This document shows, piece by piece, positions 27,018 through 35,158 of a stretch of 64,000 nucleotides of DNA (positions are counted from its first letter, which is position 1; the number at the start of each line of letters is the position of its first letter). Made by a program: the position numbers and the translations under genes. Below the pieces are notes generated by a model, which saw nothing but the letters and a program-made list of their open reading frames with translations, had not been told where the DNA came from and ran no database searches. Source of the DNA: Nitrososphaera sp. (lineage in GTDB: Archaea; Thermoproteota; Nitrososphaeria; Nitrososphaerales; Nitrososphaeraceae); assembly GCF_036397675.1 (NCBI RefSeq), contig NZ_DASWIL010000038.1, forward strand, positions 21,849 to 85,848, given 5' to 3'.

Positions 27018-28124
27018 ATGGCAGGCATACTCGTAGGAGAACTAATGAGGCAGGCACCACAAGTCGAAGTGGGCACAATAATTGGCATCGTCTTCACCGT
27101 GATAATCCTCGGCATCGTCGGGCTTGTCGTGTACAGGCGCATCTCGGAGGCAAGGGGTTACAAGAGGCCGTCGTTTGGCCGCAGCAGGGTGACCCCCGAG
27201 GGCGAGCCGCTCGAAAGCCCGGGATCTTTTGGTGGGCCCGGCGGCGTGATACCTAGGCGAATTACGCGCATCATTATACCGGCGATCATCGGGTTCATAG
27301 TGCTCGTCGTTGTCGTCACGTCGAGCATCAAGTTAGTGGAGGCAGGATACAGGGGCGTGCTCTTGGAATTTGGCGCTGTAGACACAAACGTGTCTCTTAG
27401 AGAAGGGCTGCACTTTGTCACGCCGTTCAAAGACAACGTGATACAGATGGAGGTTAGGACGCAAAAAACCATTGAAAACGCGGCATCGGCGTCCAAGGAC
27501 CTGCAGGACGTATCAACGCAGGTGGCGCTCAACTACCACATCAATCCCGACGCGGCGCAGATATTGTACCAGCAGCTTGGCTTTGGCTATTCCGAAAGAG
27601 TAATCAGCCCTGCAATACAGGAATCGGTCAAGCAGGTGACTGCAAGGTTCAACGCGGAAGAGCTCATCACGAGAAGGGAGACGGTCAAGACCGAGATAGA
27701 AGAACAGATCAAGGCGAGGTTGGCAGTCTACAACGTCGTGTCCGAGGCTGTATCTATAACCGAGTTCAAGTTCTCGGATCAGTTCACCAGGGCAGTAGAA
27801 TCTAAGGTGGAGGCCGAGCAGAGGGCGCTTCAGGCGACGAACGATCTTCGCAGGATAGAGATTGAAGCGCAGCAGGCAGAGGCAGAGGCCATAGGCCAGC
27901 AAAAGGCCAACATCGCAAGGGCTGAAGGCCTAAGGCAGGCAAACATACTGGAGGCAGAGGGCGAGGCCCAGGCGATACAGATAATCGACCAGCGGCTCAG
28001 GGATAGCCCAAGCTACCTAGAGTGGCTCAAGGCCCAGAAGTGGGACGGCAGGCTACCGCTCGTGGTTGGAGAGGGAGGAACGCCGTTCATCTCCATACCG
28101 ACAGAAGATCGGCAGGAACAGTAA
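27018..28124 (+). CDS. SPFH / band-7 (prohibitin/HflK/C-like) membrane protein
   Basis: Has two N-terminal TM helices, then VEAGYRGVLLEFGAV...GLHFVTPF...VEAEQRALQA, and a coiled-coil A/E/Q-rich tail. Confidence 0.9.
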   Translation: MAGILVGELMRQAPQVEVGTIIGIVFTVIILGIVGLVVYRRISEARGYKRPSFGRSRVTPEGEPLESPGSFGGPGGVIPRRITRIIIPAIIGFIVLVVVVTSSIKLVEAGYRGVLLEFGAVDTNVSLREGLHFVTPFKDNVIQMEVRTQKTIENAASASKDLQDVSTQVALNYHINPDAAQILYQQLGFGYSERVISPAIQESVKQVTARFNAEELITRRETVKTEIEEQIKARLAVYNVVSEAVSITEFKFSDQFTRAVESKVEAEQRALQATNDLRRIEIEAQQAEAEAIGQQKANIARAEGLRQANILEAEGEAQAIQIIDQRLRDSPSYLEWLKAQKWDGRLPLVVGEGGTPFISIPTEDRQEQ

Positions 28125-28136
28125 TCCTCCTTTCTC

Positions 28137-28143
28137 TTTTTTT
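28137..28143 (+). terminator. oligo-T tract (T7) 13 nt after the SPFH stop
   Basis: Seen directly. Archaeal RNA polymerase commonly terminates at oligo-T tracts. Confidence 0.35.
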
Positions 28144-28150
28144 GGAAAGG

Positions 28151-28192
28151 TGAAGGGGTTGGGATTCGAACCCATTACCGCCTGCGTGTAAG
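28151..28192 (-). pseudogene. tRNA 3' fragment (positions 32-73: anticodon loop CUUACAC, GCAGG, CGGTA, T-arm ATGGG-TTCGAAT-CCCAA, acceptor CCCCTTC, A73)
   Basis: Read from the reverse complement. There is no matching 5' half adjacent to it. The acceptor 3' strand pairs with the 5' fragment at 31074-31068. Confidence 0.6.
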
Positions 28193-28247
28193 AAGAAGTC
28201 TAAAATCACGATTGATTCATTCTTGTAAAATCTGCCAATTTTTACGG

Positions 28248-28448
28248 CTAGAGCGATTCAGCGAATACTACTAGTACGTTGTCTTGTTTGTTAAACCGAG
28301 CGTATCTGTTTATGGTACCGCAGTTTCCACATTTGTAACACGGCCACCTACGCATACCACCCTTCTCGTTAAATAACTGAATTTGACTATCTGTGGTGAT
28401 TGTGAACTTGACGCTGCACTTTTCACATTGACCTTCGTATTCGGTCAT
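28248..28448 (-). CDS. hypothetical zinc-ribbon protein (66 aa)
   Basis: Contains CEKC...CYKCGNCG, i.e. CxxC plus CxxCxxC. Confidence 0.5.
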   Translation of the reverse strand: MTEYEGQCEKCSVKFTITTDSQIQLFNEKGGMRRWPCYKCGNCGTINRYARFNKQDNVLVVFAESL

Positions 28449-28848
28449 TGACTCATTCTCTCAGAAGTACTAAATGAGGCTAACGGGCAAAAAGGTGAAA
28501 TGAAGTTGGTACCATTATGCTCCCCCATGTCGGCAAAGCCGCCCACACAACCCACGTGATTAAATTAGTAAATCGTATGGCCCCATGCTTCGCTTGTCAT
28601 CTTGATAAATATGTTTGAGTGCATACATACACGCTCTTAGACACACTGGCAACCGTGGCACGATCCCTCTCTGCAAGAATCGAGCGTCAAAACACCCTGA
28701 TAAGTTTCAAATTACGTACAGAATCCACGTTCAGGTTGGCCTAGGTGTTTCTTATAGGCAATACATATGAGCAGAGATGTCTTATGCCGTGTTGCAGCGC
28801 CTTAGCCCACTGTACAATGTCTAGATAGGTAAAGCAAGAAAGTAGGTT

Positions 28849-29214
28849 ATGCAAATTTATAGACAAGTACCGCCTTATTGCGTGCATAAGTTGGGCAACT
28901 CTAAAGCGATAAAAATTGATTTTTACATACCAACAAGAACCAAAAGCGGCGAAGACATAGACCCCAAGAGGGTTGACAAGATTATAGATCAGATTTGGCC
29001 CAAGTACCAAGGCGCTACAAAAGTGAGGGGCACTGGCTATTTCCGTTCAAAGTCAGGCGAAGATGAAATTACAGATAGTTATGTGCTGTCAATAATTACA
29101 GAACATGATAAAACAACCAATCTTCACTTACAGCATTTTAAACAAAAGATAAGAGAAGAATTGCATCAAGAGGCGGTGCTAATAACTTGGCATTATGTAG
29201 AAGAAGTTTGCTGA
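28849..29214 (+). CDS. hypothetical protein (121 aa)
   Basis: ORF track. AT-rich codon usage and no motif I can name. Confidence 0.45.
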   Translation: MQIYRQVPPYCVHKLGNSKAIKIDFYIPTRTKSGEDIDPKRVDKIIDQIWPKYQGATKVRGTGYFRSKSGEDEITDSYVLSIITEHDKTTNLHLQHFKQKIREELHQEAVLITWHYVEEVC

Positions 29215-29314
29215 ATTAGCGGCCGTAGCTTTTCGCCCGCCGTGCATAATTTCGTAGGTTGTAAATTGCAGGTCAGCTATAACACTTATTTATCATGAAC
29301 TTGTAATTCTCAAT

Positions 29315-29491
29315 GTGTCGTCTAAAAAGGCCAACAAATCTAAAGAGAATGACATTCTACGCAAATACTATAACGAATTTGACGATGACACGGTAGAATC
29401 ATTGAAGCGGTACTACAACGTCGAAGATTCAGCCAACACCGATTTAATGAACTACATTAAAAGACGTCGCGCGACGTCACCGGCAGATTAA
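29315..29491 (+). CDS. hypothetical small ORF (58 aa, GTG start)
   Basis: My own translation gives VSSKKANKSKENDILRKYYNEFDDDTVESLKRYYNVEDSANTDLMNYIKRRRATSPAD. Confidence 0.2.
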   Translation: MSSKKANKSKENDILRKYYNEFDDDTVESLKRYYNVEDSANTDLMNYIKRRRATSPAD

Positions 29492-30061
29492 TGATAATTG
29501 CATTTGAAAGTATCCCGCTTGTCATGACATTAAGAAGCGGCTACGGCCTCAATTGAACATGAGCAATGCATATGCTATTTAATTATACAACATCTGTGCT
29601 TATGCGCTATGCGGTATTTCGACGTGCATAAAGTCATTCGAAGCCATAACCTTGCGCGCGGGGTCTTTTACCCACAAGCGGGCACGAGTTAAGCTATTCT
29701 TCAGACCGTATTTGTGCAATGAGTATTTGCTATTGAAAATATCATACAGAAACGTTTTTGCATCATCTCATCGGCTATTCGGTGCATCTCGCTCTTGTGC
29801 AGCTTTAGGTCTTTCAAAGAGCCAAAAAGGCGCCCACAAATACCACAGCTACATGATCTACCAGCCATGAACTAAACCTCGGCACAATTCAGTCAAAGGG
29901 CAGTGTTGCAAATTATGTCAATTCAGAGCAGTATATTGTGTAAAAAAACATTATGATGTAGTAAAGACATACTATAATGTATCAATACCCGGCGCGCCGC
30001 TAGCGGTCGATGCGAACTACAGAATCTTTAATAGCATTATCTAAGCAGTTCTGCACGAACT

Positions 30062-30442
30062 TTGACAAACATTGACAATTTCTGTGCTCGCATGTTAACC
30101 CTAGACAAGGGCATAAGGTTTGTTGGCGTAGCAAACAAAGAAGCCAAGATGATTGGTAGTGCCTACCGAGAGGGCTTGAGACCATTATTGAACCCTAGTG
30201 AGACTGAAATGTCAATTTTGCAGTCTATAATTAGAATGGGCACTCGCGAAACACTCGAAAAAAAGCTGGGTGAAACTGTCTATGCGTTTGCGATGTACAA
30301 GAAAGTCAAGAGGGTGGCGGTACCACTAAGAAGGTCGTCTAAAATTACTCACATTCTCATGGCGTCTTTTGACATAAACGTAGACCACGAGCCGATTATT
30401 CTTACGAAGATATTGCCAGAATTAGAACAGCTTGCTATGTAG
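30062..30442 (+). CDS. hypothetical protein (126 aa)
   Basis: ORF track. It is followed by an imperfect inverted repeat, aaggcaacagtg...cactgtgcctt, at 30445-30501. Confidence 0.5.
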   Translation: MTNIDNFCARMLTLDKGIRFVGVANKEAKMIGSAYREGLRPLLNPSETEMSILQSIIRMGTRETLEKKLGETVYAFAMYKKVKRVAVPLRRSSKITHILMASFDINVDHEPIILTKILPELEQLAM

Positions 30443-30684
30443 TATAAGGCAACAGTGCTTGATTGCAGGGAACTTTGTTAAGGCAAAGTTTCTCGCATCA
30501 CTGTGCCTTGCTCATGTTCAAAGATTGGTGCAGCTCGCCTTTCTGACAAAGGCGGTATTTACCTGATAGCGCGCAGAGGCGGACATGCTTGCTACAGGTA
30601 ACAGGTGCAGATTAATTGGCTGGCCGTGTTATGGAGCGTAAGCCACGCATATGGTATTTAATTACAGAACGCATATGAAATAAG

Positions 30685-30759
30685 TGGGCGGCGGGTGATT
30701 TGAACACCCGACCACCGCTGTGTAAGAGCGGTATCATAACCGAGCTAGACCAGCCGCCC
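30685..30759 (-). tRNA. tRNA-Val (anticodon UAC), 75 nt, no intron
   Basis: Hand-folded as GGGCGGC TG GTCT AGCTCGGTTA TGAT A CCGCT CTTACAC AGCGG TGGTC GGGTG TTCAAAT CACCC GCCGCCC A. The acceptor, anticodon and T stems are perfect. A TTTATAA box lies about 24 nt upstream (30783-30789). Confidence 0.9.
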
Positions 30760-31025
30760 GATGATTGCAAATTCGTATGGCCTTATAAATTGCAAACGAT
30801 AGCAGCTCTTTACTACGTATGTGCCGGCAAATAATGGTTGGGCAAGGCTCGTAACCATACAAGCTTTATTGACCGCATGCGTTTTAGTAATACGATGTTA
30901 GCCGCTCTTGATACAAACACAGCGCATGCTGCAGACATACAAACCGTACACGAGACGGATGCGAAACGTACACAGAACGCATGCAAAAAAAGCAATGACG
31001 AGCGAAGCTGAGCACAAAAAAACAT

Positions 31026-31074
31026 GACCACCTGCGTGCAAGACAGGTATCCTACCAGTCTAGACAACCCCTCC
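31026..31074 (-). pseudogene. tRNA 5' fragment (positions 1-48: GGAGGGG TT GTCT AGACTGGTA GGAT A CCTGT CTTGCAC GCAGG TGGTC), followed by ATG and T7
   Basis: Read from the reverse complement. It has a complete acceptor 5' strand, D arm and anticodon arm (loop CUUGCAC) but no T arm. A T7 tract (plus-strand A7 at 31016-31022) follows 3 nt after the fragment. Confidence 0.6.
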
Positions 31075-31157
31075 GGCGATTGCCGGACAGTTCGGCTGGA
31101 CGGTATCAATAGTATTTGTGAATCTGAAATTAGGATTATATACGGCGGACGAAAATC

Positions 31158-32567
31158 ATGCTTGAGATGTTTTCCAGCTCGACTGGGAAGGGTTCCCTGC
31201 GCGCGGTTTTTGCATTCGTATTTTTTGCAACAATGATGCTGGCTATCCCGGCGCTTCCGGGCGCGTCTGCCCACGGAGGCCACCAGCCACCTGCTGCAGA
31301 CTTTGGTGGCAAAAAGGCCAGCATATTTTTGAGCGTCAACCCGCCCGTGGTGACAAGCGCAAACGAGCCGGTGTTCATCAGCGCGAGGTTCTTTGACGAA
31401 AACACCAACGAGAATTTCAAAGAAGTAACGTACAGGATCTTTTTCAAGAAGGACGGCCAGGAGATACCCATCCAGACTGAAGGCGGCGACGCCTTTGGGG
31501 GTCAGGGTCTGTTCTACGACCCGGAAGGCGACCTCATGATAAAAATAATGCCCAAGGATACCGCGGTTGCAACTGCAAAGGGTATATCTGAGATCCAGTA
31601 CGGCGGCATTTGGAACTACGGGCAGCCGGTAGTTGTCGAGGGTCCTATATTCAACAAGCCGGGGCTCTACAACCTGTTTGTGGAAATACACACCGTGGGG
31701 ACGACAAGGACGCAGGTCGAGCCAATAATCTCATACGACGTGTGGGTGACTCCCGGCAGGGAAGAGACATTATTCGTGACAGACACGATGCAGGAAATAA
31801 TAGTGCGCAACTATTACGGCGCAATCGACTCGTCAAGCTACGACGAGTCCACAAAGACCATACACTTTTCCATGCCATTTGACTGGCGGTCCGATTTAGC
31901 AAGCAGGATAGGCATGCTGCACACCGAAGTGTTCATACCAAAAGAGCTGTCCGACTTTGACCGCGAATCACTAAAGGGTACCGTCAACGGCTTTGGCGTC
32001 CCCGTGTTCGTGGACAACTATGGAGAGGAAGAAACAGTAGTCCATTTCACGATATCAAGAAAGAACCTTGAAGACCTTGCGGGAAAGATAAGGGCAGAGA
32101 ACAGGTCGCCCGGCGAGGCGATGTTCGCGCTGAGCCCGCCCGACCCGGAAGGCGAGATAGGCGTGATGCAGTTTGAAGCAGAATCTGCCAGCTACTCTGT
32201 CAGCCTCACGATACCTGAATCGATATTCCCCGAGCAGCCGGCGCCATTTGGCGTCAGGATAAGCGACAGACAGGGCAACCCCATGTCTGCTGCAACCTAT
32301 GAACTAGTCATAGAGGATAGCAACGGCAGCGTGTTGTTAAGGAGCGGCGGCGCGACGACGCCGGAGGGCCTGTCGTCGCAGGACGTGACCTTTGATGCGC
32401 AGGGCTCGTTTACAGTCAGAGTGGAAAAGATAAACTCTTCCAACGAGTCGGTCCAGTCGAGCATACAGGTGGTGCCCGAGTTCCCGGTCGCAGCCCTTGC
32501 CGCGTCGCTTGGCATCGCCGGCGCAGTAGCTTACGGCAGGTTCCGTGGGCTGTTCAGCAGGGCCTAG
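31158..32567 (+). CDS. secreted protein with PEF-type C-terminal sorting signal (469 aa)
   Basis: Has a signal peptide ending ..PALPGASA/HGGHQPP. The body is beta-rich. The C-terminus is VVPEFPVAALAASLGIAGAVAYGRFRGLFSRA. A TATA-like ttatata lies about 20 nt upstream. Confidence 0.8.
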   Translation: MLEMFSSSTGKGSLRAVFAFVFFATMMLAIPALPGASAHGGHQPPAADFGGKKASIFLSVNPPVVTSANEPVFISARFFDENTNENFKEVTYRIFFKKDGQEIPIQTEGGDAFGGQGLFYDPEGDLMIKIMPKDTAVATAKGISEIQYGGIWNYGQPVVVEGPIFNKPGLYNLFVEIHTVGTTRTQVEPIISYDVWVTPGREETLFVTDTMQEIIVRNYYGAIDSSSYDESTKTIHFSMPFDWRSDLASRIGMLHTEVFIPKELSDFDRESLKGTVNGFGVPVFVDNYGEEETVVHFTISRKNLEDLAGKIRAENRSPGEAMFALSPPDPEGEIGVMQFEAESASYSVSLTIPESIFPEQPAPFGVRISDRQGNPMSAATYELVIEDSNGSVLLRSGGATTPEGLSSQDVTFDAQGSFTVRVEKINSSNESVQSSIQVVPEFPVAALAASLGIAGAVAYGRFRGLFSRA

Positions 32568-32602
32568 GCAAAGCGTATTAGTTGCGCCTTTGAAAAGGAC
32601 GT

Positions 32603-32896
32603 ATGAAACGCCGGGAACTATCAAAGCAGGAGCTTGAAAAGGCGCTGTCTGACCTCGAGGGCTGGGCCGTCGCAGGCGGCAAGTTGAGCAGGACTTTTGA
32701 ATTTGGCGACTTTGCCGAGGCGTTTGCCTTTATGACCCGCGTAGCGATAGAGGCAGAAAAGGCTGGGCATCACCCAGAGTGGTCAAACGTCTATAACCGC
32801 GTGAGCATCAGCTTGGTGACGCACGACCTTGGAAACAAGATAAGCACGTTTGACGCCGCCCTTGCGGGAAAGATAAGCGAGATCTACGGCAAATAG
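32603..32896 (+). CDS. phhB: pterin-4-alpha-carbinolamine dehydratase (PCD/DCoH)
   Basis: 97 aa. Has [21 protein letters not shown], the family signature. Confidence 0.9.
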   Translation: MKRRELSKQELEKALSDLEGWAVAGGKLSRTFEFGDFAEAFAFMTRVAIEAEKAGHHPEWSNVYNRVSISLVTHDLGNKISTFDAALAGKISEIYGK

Positions 32897-33111
32897 GTTG
32901 CACGTGCGCCAGCCTGCGGCTCTTGCAGGCAGGGCAGGGCACGACCTGACGAATTTCGTGGTGATAATGGAGGCGCACCAGAAGCACGAGTCGCAGATAA
33001 TGAAGTGCTTGGCCCTCCCCCGGGCAGCCGTGAGTTGCGGCTCGGCTGCCATGCCTTCCTCTTGCGGCCGGCGCTTTTTAGGTTCGCTGTACAGGTGCAA
33101 GTAAGTATCTC

Positions 33112-33924
33112 TTACTCCGCGTGTTGATTGAGGCCCCATCTTGAGCGGATGCGCTCCTCAAGCTTGTAAAATATCACCCTGTCCACCACCATGCCTATCA
33201 CAAATATCACTATCATAGTCGCCATTATCCAGTCCATCCGCAGAAATTCCCTTCCCACGCTCAGTATGTGCCCGAGGCCTACAAGCGAAATTAGGATCTC
33301 GGCGCCCACAAGCGCGTGCCAGGCAAACGACCAGGCCTGCCGCAGGCCGATTATCAGAGTAGGTGTCGCCGCCGGTATCATCACGTGGCGGAAGAGCATG
33401 GACCCGCTTGCGCCCATGTTGCGCGCGGCGCGCATGTATATCGGCGGTATGTTGCGTATGCCACTGTACGTCGACATCATCACCGAGAACACCGAGCTTA
33501 TCACCATGACAAACAGGATGCCAAAGTCGTTAAAGCCGATGAGCAGGATTGTAAACGGCACCCAGGCTATGCTTGGAAACGACTGTAGGCCCACTGAGAA
33601 CGAGCTCATGGTCTTGCCAAAATCCTTGAAGCGCACCATCGCAAGGCCAACCGCGCCGCCGAGTGCAACTGCTATTGCAAAGCCGACCGCAAGCCTGCTC
33701 ATCGTGACTGCAACGCCTATCCCAAGCGAGCCTTCGGCGCTAAGGTCGGCAAACGAGCGGGCCACCGCTATGGGTGACGGGAGCGACTGCTCCGGAAAGA
33801 CACCGGCAAGATAGACTACCTGCCACGCCGCGCCAAACGCCGCCAAAAAGAGCGCGATGCTTGCGACGTCCTCTAGGGTGCTTCCGCTTTTCCCCCGCGT
33901 CTGTACAAGTGGCTTTAGCATCAT
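33112..33924 (-). CDS. ABC transporter permease, NitT/TauT (nitrate/sulfonate/bicarbonate) type
   Basis: Six TM helices with a BPD_transp_1-like loop (..YSGIRNIPPIYMRAARNMGASGSMLFRHVMIPAA..). Confidence 0.85.
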   Translation of the reverse strand: MMLKPLVQTRGKSGSTLEDVASIALFLAAFGAAWQVVYLAGVFPEQSLPSPIAVARSFADLSAEGSLGIGVAVTMSRLAVGFAIAVALGGAVGLAMVRFKDFGKTMSSFSVGLQSFPSIAWVPFTILLIGFNDFGILFVMVISSVFSVMMSTYSGIRNIPPIYMRAARNMGASGSMLFRHVMIPAATPTLIIGLRQAWSFAWHALVGAEILISLVGLGHILSVGREFLRMDWIMATMIVIFVIGMVVDRVIFYKLEERIRSRWGLNQHAE

Positions 33925-34014
33925 GCCTGTGGATTACGACACTTGGGCTGTGCACGCAATATAACTGACGCCATATGCGCAATTGGCGGGCGTTAGGCGA
34001 TCTTTTGGCACATT

Positions 34015-35058
34015 TCACTCCCTCAGCTGTCCGCGTGTGGCATCGTCAAGGTAGCTTGAATCAAACATGCCGGAAAGGTCCGGCTCCCGGGCAAGCAACC
34101 CGAGCTCATACGCGTCCTGCGCCGACTGCTCTACCGTCTCCTTGAGCGGGTCGTAGGTGAACTCCATGCGCCCAAGCGCCGCCCTCAGGTCACCCTCGTT
34201 AAACCCCGAGCCAAGCAGCTCTTCAATCTCGCTGTTGAAAACAGTCACTGCCTCGTCGCTGTTGTCGTTTATCCACGCAGTCATCTCGACATGCACCTGG
34301 AGGAGTTTCTGGACCGTTTCGACGTTGGCCTCGAGGTAGTCGGTCCGGCACACGACTAACGAGCTGGAGAACTTGCCGTCCGGCCACAGGTCCCGCTCGT
34401 CCAGGAAAATGCGCGCATCTGACTCCCGCACGAGCCTTTCGCCCCACGGCTCGGGCACCCACGCGCCGTCCAACTCGCCCTTGGATATCAGCACTGCGAT
34501 GTCGGCAGGCTTTGCCGGGAGTATCTCGGGGCTGCCGCCGGTTATCCTGACGTCGTAGCCACGCTCTTGCAGATAGTGCCTCAGCGCCACGTCTTGGGTG
34601 TTTCCAAGCTGCGGCGAGGCAAGCCTCTTGCCTGCGAAGTCTGAGTCGGAATTTATGCCTGCTCCGTTTCTTACTACGAATACCGCGCCGCCGCTTGACG
34701 CCCCGGCAACGACCCGGAGCGAGCCTTCGGACTGCAAAAAGCCGTTGATAGCCGGGTTTGGTCCCACGTAGGTGCAGTCTACCCTGTCGGCAAAGAGCGC
34801 CTCGATTGCGGAGGGGCCGGCGTTAAATATCTGCCTCTCAAGTCTTATCTGCCCGAGCGCCGCCTGGTAGTCCCCGTTCCCGTAGCCGATGACTGCCTGC
34901 GCGTGGTTGATGTTAGGAAAGTAGCCAAGCCTGAGCGTGTCGGATTCCGAGCCGCCCACGTCCCGGGAAAAGAGGTGACCGTCGCCAAGCGCGGCCGACG
35001 TGCCTATTACAAACGCGACAAGGGACGCCGCTATGCCCAGCTTGACCCTAAAGTCCAT
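34015..35058 (-). CDS. ABC transporter substrate-binding protein, NMT1/SsuA/TauA-like
   Basis: Has an N-terminal anchor and LRLGYFPNINHAQAVIGYG..., typical of NitT/TauT-family binding proteins. It lies upstream of the permease on the same strand. Confidence 0.8.
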   Translation of the reverse strand: MDFRVKLGIAASLVAFVIGTSAALGDGHLFSRDVGGSESDTLRLGYFPNINHAQAVIGYGNGDYQAALGQIRLERQIFNAGPSAIEALFADRVDCTYVGPNPAINGFLQSEGSLRVVAGASSGGAVFVVRNGAGINSDSDFAGKRLASPQLGNTQDVALRHYLQERGYDVRITGGSPEILPAKPADIAVLISKGELDGAWVPEPWGERLVRESDARIFLDERDLWPDGKFSSSLVVCRTDYLEANVETVQKLLQVHVEMTAWINDNSDEAVTVFNSEIEELLGSGFNEGDLRAALGRMEFTYDPLKETVEQSAQDAYELGLLAREPDLSGMFDSSYLDDATRGQLRE

Positions 35059-35158
35059 TTTTTATTCTGGGCCGGGGGCGCAATATAATTGACGGCATAG
35101 GTGCAGGGAAGGCGGCAACAACCTAGAAATATACGCAAATCCTGCATATATCATATCT

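Larger units (their letters stand above)
28194..31022. mobile_element. candidate inserted element (~2.8 kb, AT-rich, no integrase) between the two halves of a tRNA-Val-like gene
   Basis: Bounded by a 21-nt imperfect direct repeat (28173-28193 versus 31023-31043, 18/21 identical). It contains small orphan ORFs and an intact tRNA-Val(UAC). Confidence 0.45.

Noticed and set aside
28151-31074. The two tRNA pieces as a Nanoarchaeum-style split tRNA joined in trans.
   Set aside because: Split tRNA halves do not duplicate the anticodon arm, and they need complementary leader and trailer sequences. Here positions 31-51 are present in both pieces. The 5'-half trailer (CGCAGGTGGTCATG) shows no complementarity to the 3'-half leader (..GACTTCTTCTTACA).
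30813-31691. A 292-aa minus-strand ORF.
   Set aside because: It overlaps the signal-peptide-bearing PEF-CTERM gene and runs through the tRNA 5' fragment and intergenic DNA. Its sequence is Cys/Arg-rich and non-protein-like.
32783-33139. A minus-strand ORF with CDSCFWC...SCPA in the gap where an ABC ATPase gene would be expected. A local gccct-gccct-gcctg repeat could hide a CPACK zinc-ribbon by frameshift.
   Set aside because: The ORF would have to run >100 nt antisense into phhB, and the frameshifted version is no better. This is speculative only.
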